DNA of 32,000 nucleotides from Isorropodon fossajaponicum endosymbiont JTNG4. Its GTDB lineage: Bacteria > Pseudomonadota > Gammaproteobacteria > PS1 > Pseudothioglobaceae. Shown here piece after piece: positions 22,580 to 29,474 of the stretch (position 1 is the first letter of the stretch; each line of letters begins with the position of its first letter). The position numbers and the translations under genes are program-made. The notes below the pieces were generated by a model that worked only from the letters and a program-made list of their open reading frames with translations, did no database searches and was not told the DNA's origin. Location of the stretch: contig NZ_AP013043.1 in NCBI RefSeq assembly GCF_016592615.1, positions 1,350,001 through 1,382,000 of the forward strand. Reading direction: 5' to 3'.

Positions 22580-23716
22580 TTATTTTTTAGGATAATCTCT
22601 AAAATCAGCCCCTGTGTAGATTTGTGTGGGTCTAAAAATGCGATTGTGTCCAACTTGTTCGTGCCAATGAGCTGCCCAGCCAGCAGAACGAGCCATGGCA
22701 AAAATAGGCGTAAAGTGTGTTGGTGGAATTTTCAAAATTTCGGCGTATAAAATGCCTGAGTAAAAATCTACATTTGGATAAACACCTTTGCTTGATAGTA
22801 ATTCTTCACAAATTCTTTCGACCTCTAATATAGTTTCAAAGCGTTTAGAAAGGCGCATGTTGGATTTTTTGACATAAGCTTCAATCATGGCTTGTAAAAT
22901 ACTTGCACGAGGGTCTTTAACACTATATTCTCTGTGCCCCATACCCCAAATGACTTGTTTGTTTTTTAAGCGGTTTTTAATATAACCACGCGCATTTTTA
23001 GCATCACCAATGTCATCCAACATTTTAAGCACATCTTCATTTGCACCACCATGTAAGGAGCCTGCTAAAGTACCAACCGCAGCTGAAATTGAAGCAAAGG
23101 GATTGGTAAGCGTGGAGGCAGTTACCATGGCAGAAAAAGTTGAGGCATTAATGGTATGTTCTGCATGTAGAATTAAGCAAGCATCAAAAAGCTTGACAAT
23201 ATCATCATCAGGCTCTTCCCCAAACGACATATATAAAAAGTTCTTAGCGTATGACATTCCTTTGCTAGGTGGAATAGGATCATAACCAGCACTAATACGC
23301 GCCCACATTGCCACCAAAGTACTCATGTTAGAAATGATTTTAGTCAGTGCGCTTTGTGTATAGACAGAGTCAGGGTTTTGTGCACCTGCATCAGGATAGA
23401 ACGTCGCCATAGCAGCAATAGCGGTTTGTAAAACATCCATTGGATGTCCATTGGTAGGCAAAGACCACATCATAGAACGGATATTACGCTTTACTTCATA
23501 ACGTTTGTGTAAAACATTTTTAAAGTTGTCTAGTTTGTTTTTGTCTGGCAGCTCTCCATCTCGAAGCAGCATAGATACTTCTTCAAAAGAGGCGTATTTA
23601 ACCAAGTCCTCGATTGAGTAGCCACGATAAGCCAAAATACCATTTTTCCCATCAATAGAAGAAATGGAAGATTCTGTCGCAGGAACACCTGCCAAACCTG
23701 GGATATATTCAATCAT
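22580..23716 (-). CDS. Citrate synthase family protein (short ~380-aa type; citrate or 2-methylcitrate synthase)
   Basis: 378-aa ORF with [31 protein letters not shown] and a C-terminal RPTQIYTG. Its stop lies 2 nt from the ubiE start. Confidence 0.85.
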   Translation of the reverse strand: MIEYIPGLAGVPATESSISSIDGKNGILAYRGYSIEDLVKYASFEEVSMLLRDGELPDKNKLDNFKNVLHKRYEVKRNIRSMMWSLPTNGHPMDVLQTAIAAMATFYPDAGAQNPDSVYTQSALTKIISNMSTLVAMWARISAGYDPIPPSKGMSYAKNFLYMSFGEEPDDDIVKLFDACLILHAEHTINASTFSAMVTASTLTNPFASISAAVGTLAGSLHGGANEDVLKMLDDIGDAKNARGYIKNRLKNKQVIWGMGHREYSVKDPRASILQAMIEAYVKKSNMRLSKRFETILEVERICEELLSSKGVYPNVDFYSGILYAEILKIPPTHFTPIFAMARSAGWAAHWHEQVGHNRIFRPTQIYTGADFRDYPKK

Positions 23717-23970
23717 AATCTAATGGCTGTCATTATTGAAAACTAAAATTTTACCCTGAATATAGTCCTATATTTAGTTGATAGAGCCGATAATATGTTC
23801 TATCTCGGTTGAATTAATGGCGTATTAAATTCAGGGTAATTTTGATAAAGTTTATTATTTAAAAGTTTGCCATTATTTTAATGTAACAATGCTTACACCC
23901 AACAGAAACTTTAGTACAGCCCGTGGTAGGGTTGCAAGTTTGCTCTGTTCATTCTATTTGGGTTTTATGC

Positions 23971-24947
23971 TTATAAAAATCCTACGCCTGCATGGTCGTC
24001 AAATAAATCTTTATCTCTCATGTAGTATAAAACAGTTTGAGGGGATTTATGTCGAGTAGTTTCCATAATTTTATCTAGCCTAGCACCGTGTGCTACAGCA
24101 CTGGTAACAAAACCTGCCCTTAAAAAATGTCCTGATATATTACTAGAATCCAATCCAATTAAAGAACTATAGTGTTTTACAATCCTTGGAATGTCAGAAT
24201 GGTGCATTTTATTACCTCTCAATCTACCTCCTTTGAATAGGCTTTGAAATAAATAACTATTTTCGATTTTAGAAACTTCTAGCCATTTTAGCAAAACCGA
24301 AATAGGCTTCAACCCCCCCCCTCCACAATTGCTATTTTTTGTCCCTTGCTTTCTTGGTCTGTTTTTGATTTTCTAATAATAATAGTCATGCGTATTTTTG
24401 TTTGTTTTGTAGCCTTAATAATCTCAATATCTCCATACTTTAACTGGCATATTTCACTACGCCTTAATGCGGCTGCAAAACCCAAAACTAAAATTACTGC
24501 ATTTCTTACGCCTATAGGAGTATTACTGCTTTTTTAACATTTGTTCAATGTGAAAATTTCTTAGCGCACTAACTCGTTTAGGTGCAATACCTAACATTCT
24601 TTTAAGTCCTACAATAATTTGGCTTACTTTAGGGTCGTTAGTGAGTGATTGATAATTTGATAGTTGGTGAACTTTTTGTACGGCTGAACGATACAAAATA
24701 ATCGCGCCTATTGATAGGGGTTTATTGCTTGATAGGCTTGGATTGCTACTTAAATACACCAAAAAACCAACAACTGTTTCAACGCTTTCAGGTAAAGACG
24801 TTTGTTTAGTCTGACGACAATATGCCTCAAAACATCGCCACCCTACCCTTTTTGATAGGCTAACCAAGTATTTTCAGCCAATGAATGATAGATTATGTTA
24901 TTGATTTTTTGAGACTTCCGACCATTTTGTAAAGATAAATGGAACAT
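23971..24947 (-). pseudogene. Tyrosine recombinase/integrase with three homopolymer frameshifts
   Basis: The frame-corrected translation begins MFHLSLQNGRKSQK...AENTWLAYQK / RVGWRCFEAYC...HIEQMLKK. It continues SSNTPIGVRNAVILVLGFAAALRRSEICQL...IAIVEGGG / LKPISVLLKWL...GHFLRAGFVTSA...TRHKSPQTVLYYM. The R, H-x-x-R, H and Y catalytic positions are recognisable. The frame breaks at the T5 run 24849-24853, the T6 run 24530-24535 and the C9 run 24313-24321. Confidence 0.8.
24313..24321. repeat. C9/G9 homopolymer tract inside the recombinase gene
   Basis: Nine consecutive C on the plus strand in an AT-rich context. G10 or G7 would restore the reading frame across this point. Confidence 0.9.
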
Positions 24948-25248
24948 TATTTGTTGTTCCATTGTAAAAGGAGTAATAATATTATTACATGGGCAATGAA
25001 AAATATTGCTTCAACTACTGGAATGGGTCTTATGCAATGGAAGAAATTTTCAGTGGAGCAAATTTCTGTTTTACAAATTCCAGAAAATACACAACAGCCT
25101 TTTATAGTCCTAATAAATAAAATTATTATAGTCAAAAATAAAAAACAAAGACACAGATATCCTTGAAAGGAAAATTGATGTTATGGTTTACCGACTTTAT
25201 AAATTAACCAATGATGAGATTAATTTAATTTCTAGTGCACTAAGTTGA
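24939..25248 (+). pseudogene. Promoterless inverted copy of the last ~100 codons of the methyltransferase-specificity gene (silent 3' cassette)
   Basis: The plus-strand translation reads ...SNNIITWAMKNIASTTGMGLMQWKKFSVEQISVLQIPENTQQPFIVLINKIIIVKNK. After a frameshift in the A6 run 25140-25145 it continues NKDTDILERKIDVMVYRLYKLTNDEINLISSALS*. It is colinear with the C-terminus of the minus-strand gene. Confidence 0.7.
25095..25123. repeat. Inverted repeat, left arm (29 bp)
   Basis: CAGCCTTTTATAGTCCTAATAAATAAAAT matches the reverse complement of 25324-25352 at 28 of 29 positions. Confidence 0.9.
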
Positions 25249-26635
25249 TATAAATCATAAACCATTTTATTAATTTCATTTTCTAAATAGTTAGTATCTT
25301 TATTTTGCTTTTTACTGATTAGTATTTTATTTATTAGAACTATAAAAGGCTGCTTCATTGAGTCCGAAATTTTAGGAATTGGTATCATATTGATGTAAGT
25401 CTTTTTCCAGCGTAATGTCCCCATTCCAGATGTAAGTGCAATATTATTAAAAAACCAATAAATTAATTTTGAATTAAGAACTGCAAGAATGTATTTTAAA
25501 TTTTATCCTGCCATCATAAATGTAGTTGCTTCACAATATACACCACTATTATCATAAAAAAACGGGCGTTATTAACTAATTCAATCCATATGACTTTATC
25601 TTTAGAAAATTGCATATTAAACTCATCACTAAGACTGGCTTGTAATTCGTACCATTGATTGGTTCCAGCTTTTTTAGATAAACTTTCTTTGTGAAGTAAT
25701 AAATGCTGATAAACAGCTAAGTATCGTTCTATTTGAATACCTTTTCTTGCATATGTCAACCATAATTTGTTCCATTCTACTTGATAGCGCTTAACTTAAG
25801 AATTGGCTTACATAATCTCGGTAGATTTTGGGTCGGCCTTGCATAATGCTTGTTTAGTATCATTATCAATGATAAATGCTTTGTTAAACCCTGTTGTTAC
25901 TCCTCGATAAATACTAATATTCCAATCTATTAATGGTGTACCGGCTATTTCCATTTTTTGCATAATTAATTGTTCAATAGTTGACAAAATACTCTAAGGT
26001 TTTTCATTTTTTGCATGCAATTTTCCCACAATTTATCTAACGGTGGAAATGTTTTGACAGGCAAGCGATCTATATCTACTGCTTTAGTAATATTGTTACC
26101 ATGTTCATTGTGCAAGAATAAAATACTTGAGTCAACAATAGCATTCTCAAAACCATCTTTAACCCCGAACATCCATTCTGGATCAAACCGATCAGATTGC
26201 AAATTTTGATTGTATAAATCCCAATCAACCACCTTCTTCATACTCACTTCTACTACTGGACCAATGCCTGATTCTTGTAATCTTTTTAGGGCTTGTTGTC
26301 GTAGCTCTTTACCCCTCTTCTTTATGTTTGCGTTTAGTTGTTAAGGTTTTGGCAGAAAAATAGTGGTGTCTAACTTCAAATAACTTCTTCTGTAAACCTT
26401 GAATACCCATATCAAATAAACCCATTTTCGGCAACTCTATTTCACCCAAAGGCAATAAAGTATCTGCCACAATAAACTTAGTTTCTAAATTTGGCAGAGC
26501 TTTGACGCCATAATTGCTGTCTTTATTGTTATTTGGTTTTTGTTCAATGGTGAGGCTGATAAAAAAGCGTAGTTTACAAATTTGAATGGCGTAATCGTCC
26601 ACTTGATGAAATGTAATACCCCAAAAAACCACCAT
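25197..26635 (-). pseudogene. Degraded Eco57I/PglX-like N6-adenine DNA methyltransferase with TaqI_C-like specificity domain (5' end removed by IS)
   Basis: The first fragment pieced from several frames reads VDDYAIQICKLRFFISLTIEQ...ALPNLETKFIVADTLL. The second reads ...KELRQQALKRL...WDLYNQNLQSDRFDPEWMFGVKDGFENAIVDSSILFLHN. The third reads ...IAGTPLIDWNISIYRGVTTGFNKAFIIDNDTKQAL...KPILK..VKRYQVEWNKLWL. The last reads ...NQWYELQ...KVIWIELV...ILAVLNSKLIYWFFNNIALTSGMGTLRWKKTYINMIPIPKI...MVYDLYQLSALEIKLI*. There are multiple stops and frameshifts, and no NPPY motif was seen. Confidence 0.7.
25324..25352. repeat. Inverted repeat, right arm (29 bp)
   Basis: The reverse complement is CAGCCTTTTATAGTTCTAATAAATAAAAT. 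Both arms encode QPFIVLINKI in their respective genes. Confidence 0.9.
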
Positions 26636-27470
26636 TCTAAAGTAGAAAATTCTATAATAAAAAATAAGGAGTTTTCACATGAAAAAATCAAGATATACAG
26701 AGTTATAAATAGTCAACATACTCAAACAAAACCAATCAGGCATATCTGTGGCTGATCTATGCCGTGAATACGCAATGTCTCAAGCCACATTTTACAAATG
26801 GAGATCTAAATACGGTGATACAGATTTTGTCTCTATGGTTAAACGCTTAAAAGAGCTAGAATCAGAAAATGCTCAATTCAAGCGTATGTATGCTGAGAGT
26901 GAGTTGAAACTGCAAATTACAAAGGATGCCTTAGCAAAAAAGTTCTAAAGCCATCCCAGTGGCGTGAGGATGGCTTTAAACATCAATGAACAAAATAAGA
27001 ACACAAGTATCAAACTTATTTACGAAGTTTGTAGCATTAGTAAAAGCACTTATTATTATCAACCAAAACTCAGTGATGACAATGCTTTAATTGCCGATTG
27101 TCTACTGCGCTTAACCGCAACGCACAAGCGTTGGGGTTTTAAACTGTGCTATTTATATCTACGTAATGTTAAAGACTACAAATTTAACCATAAACGAGTG
27201 TATCGCATTTACCAAGAACTGGAGCTCAATCTAAGAATCAAGCCAAGAAGAAGAATCAAAAGAGATAAACCCGAAGCACTGAGTGTGCCAACAACTATTA
27301 ACCAAACTTGGTCAATGGATTTTATGTCAGACTCACTCACTGATGGCAGGCACATTAGAACTTTTAATGTTGTCGATGATTACAATCGGGAAGGCTTGAA
27401 TATTGATGTGGACTTGTCCATGCCAGCAAGACGAGTTATTCAATCATTAGAACGTTTGATTCAGTGGCGG
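26636..27470 (+). mobile_element. IS3-family (IS407-like) element, left end with orfA and the N-terminal half of orfB; decayed and cut by a second IS
   Basis: The terminus is TCTAAAGTAGA (26636-26646). orfA (26679-26948) reads MKKSRYTEL*IVNILKQNQSGISVADLCREYAMSQATFYKWRSKYG...KRLKELESENAQFKRMY..LAKKF, with TAA at 26706-26708 where Gln is expected. orfB reads ...STYYYQPK...HKRWGFKLCYLYLRN...NHKRVYRIY...TINQTWSMDFMSD...FNVVDDYNREGL...LERLIQWR and then breaks at ~27470. There is an extra frameshift near 26960. Confidence 0.8.
26936..26942 (+). promoter_or_regulatory. A AAA AAG -1 programmed ribosomal frameshift heptamer (IS no. 1)
   Basis: The heptamer is in the correct zero-frame phase (GCA AAA AAG) two codons before the orfA stop. 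The -1 frame continues KKVLKPSQ.RE, as in IS3-family OrfAB fusions. Confidence 0.6.
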
Positions 27471-27480
27471 ATCTTCACAA

Positions 27481-28350
27481 TGAAGGCATGATTTAGGGAA
27501 ATGTAGGGTTTCGGTGAGTGTGCAATGCTCTAACCTACTTGGACACAAAGATAGCCTTATAATACAAACCATAAGGAGGTCAGTAATGACACAATATAAA
27601 TCAAGAAAACAACGAGTGACTTTTACCGTTGAACATTCTGTTCAATACCCCCTTGAGGGGGGAACACTAGATTATGCCAAACTCATGGTGCATGAGAATT
27701 ACACCAATAAAAAAAATCATGATAATATCAGGAGCTTGCTCCTCAGCAGTTAGCAGATGGAGAAAACAATACCTAGCAGAGCTTGGTGGACAAACACCAG
27801 AGTCAGGCAAAGCGCTGACTTCTGAACAACAAACAATACAACTGCTTGAGAAACAACTTTGGCGCGCACAAAGGGACAATGAAATCTTAAAAAAGGCAAC
27901 AGCCTTGTTCGCTGTGGACAATCACCAAGTGATATGATTATCAAGATAAACAAGGCTTGCCAACAATACAATACTAAAGAATTATGAGCATTACTCAAAC
28001 TTCCTCACAGTAGTTATTACTATCAAGTCAAAGATAAGCGAGTAAACAACAACACCAACGCTATGATTAAATTAATCAAACAAACTGCTATTGAAGTTGG
28101 ATACACCTATGGCAAACGCAGAATGCGAGTAGTTTTGAATAACCAAGGTTATAACATTGGTATTTACCAAACTGCAACGCTAATGAAAAAAGCCAATGTA
28201 GTTGCCATACGCCCAAGAAAGCGTCATTATTACCCTAATACTAGATTGATGTTTAAAAAGGCAAAAAACCTATTAAATCGTGTGTTTGAGCAGCAATCAA
28301 TTAATACGCATTGGGTTGGTGATATTACCTATATCAAAACCTATCAAGGT
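27481..28350 (+). mobile_element. Second IS3-family (IS3/IS911-like) element inserted into the first; decayed and 3'-truncated before the DDE domain
   Basis: It may begin at TGAAGG (27481), so the left boundary is uncertain by ~10 nt. orfA runs from 27587: MTQYKSRKQRVTFTVE...LDYAKLMVHENYT. After a frameshift at the A8 run 27709-27716 it continues ...SSAVSRWRKQYLAELGGQTPESGKALTSEQQTIQLLEKQLWRAQRDNEILKKATALF. orfB reads ...INKACQQYNTKEL*ALLKLPHSSYYYQ...GYTYGKRRMRVVLN...THWVGDITYIKTYQG, with TGA at 27985-27987 where Cys is expected. Homology stops at ~28350. Confidence 0.75.
27889..27895 (+). promoter_or_regulatory. A AAA AAG -1 programmed ribosomal frameshift heptamer (IS no. 2)
   Basis: TTA AAA AAG lies within ...NEILKKATALF, the position of the IS911-type slippery site. 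The -1 frame leads into the orfB reading frame. Confidence 0.6.
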
Positions 28351-28414
28351 GAAAGATTAATAGACCAATAAACAACGCTCAAGATAATCATAGATTTAAG
28401 TAAATTGAACTGCG

Positions 28415-28729
28415 TCATCCAAGAATCTTCTGCAAAAGCATAAAAGCCAAAACTGGATGTGTGAAATTTTTATAAACCTCAAAATGAGACATTTGCACCA
28501 ATACTGGTAATACTATTAATACAAGGACAATATTTTTACTAGCGCTAGATTTTGTAATGAGAGGTTTTAAAATAAACAACAGTGATAGCATCGTCAAAGA
28601 CGACAAGCCAAAGTTAACCACAACGCGTTTAATATCCCAATTATCCATTTCACGAACAACAAAAAGATCTAGTAATACTAAAACTAACCAAACAAATAAG
28701 GTTGTCATTATTTGATTTGATTTAGCCAT
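28415..28729 (-). CDS. Hypothetical small membrane protein, possibly the 5' remnant of a larger gene truncated at the IS scar
   Basis: The 104-aa ORF has about three hydrophobic helices and no family I recognise. It overlaps the surE 3' end by 22 nt and ends ~65 nt from the truncated IS. Confidence 0.35.
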   Translation of the reverse strand: MAKSNQIMTTLFVWLVLVLLDLFVVREMDNWDIKRVVVNFGLSSLTMLSLLFILKPLITKSSASKNIVLVLIVLPVLVQMSHFEVYKNFTHPVLAFMLLQKILG

Positions 28730-29451
28730 TCTGACACCGTATCAATCTCATTATATTTAGTCAGATCAATTTGCAAAGGGGTGACTGACACATAATGATT
28801 AGCAATGGCATGAAAATCTGTGCCTACGCCATTATCGGCCTCTTTACCGTTTTCACCAATCCAGTACAGGGCTGGGTCGTCTTTATCAGCAACACTTTGC
28901 TCTGACATATGGCGTTTTCCTAAGCGCGTTGTTTGAAACCCTTTAATATCATTCAAAGCCACATCCGGTACATTGACATTCAGCACAGTATCGTGTGACA
29001 ACTGAGCATGAGATATTTGGCTAATTAATTGTTTGGCGATAACACCTGCCGTCTCAAAATGCCGACCTTCCCAACTTGCTAGTGATATCGCCACTGATGG
29101 TAAGCCTAAAAATCGCCCCTCTATCGCGCCAGCAACGGTGCCTGAATAAATCACATCATCACCCAAATTAGCGCCAAAATTAATCCCTGTCACCACCAAA
29201 TCAATTTTTTCATTTAAAAAACCACATAAAGCCAAATGCACACAATCACTTGGCGTTGCGTCAATACTATAAACATTATTTGATATCTGAATTGGTCTTA
29301 AAGGCTTATCAAGTGTAAGCGAACTACTGGCAGCTGATTTATTTTCACTAGGTGCAACTACAATAACGTCGTGTTCTTGCGCTAAAGATTGGGCGAGTTG
29401 CACAATACCTTGGGCTTGGTAACCATCGTCATTACTAATTAAAATCCTCAT
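28708..29451 (-). CDS. surE: 5'/3'-nucleotidase SurE
   Basis: 247-aa ORF MRILISNDDGYQAQGI...GINFGANLGDDVIYSGTVAGAIEG. Confidence 0.95.
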   Translation of the reverse strand: MRILISNDDGYQAQGIVQLAQSLAQEHDVIVVAPSENKSAASSSLTLDKPLRPIQISNNVYSIDATPSDCVHLALCGFLNEKIDLVVTGINFGANLGDDVIYSGTVAGAIEGRFLGLPSVAISLASWEGRHFETAGVIAKQLISQISHAQLSHDTVLNVNVPDVALNDIKGFQTTRLGKRHMSEQSVADKDDPALYWIGENGKEADNGVGTDFHAIANHYVSVTPLQIDLTKYNEIDTVSEWLNQIK

Positions 29452-29474
29452 CTTTAATTAGAAAATATTTTGCA

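Noticed and set aside
24346-24537. A plus-strand 63-aa ORF, plus ORFs at 24947-25135 (-), 27667-27921 (-) and 27750-27998 (-).
   Set aside because: They lie antisense or out of frame within the recombinase, the silent cassette and IS no. 2 orfA. Their translations are hydrophobic or low-complexity with no motifs.
27631-27662. Two small hairpins inside IS no. 2 orfA: GAACA-TTC-TGTTC, and CCCCC-TTGA-GGGGG(G) at 27648-27662. They encode an apparently extra HSVQYPLEGGT segment.
   Set aside because: This looked like an in-frame palindromic insertion into the HTH region. I cannot establish the ancestral sequence without aligning intact copies, and it may be native to this IS.
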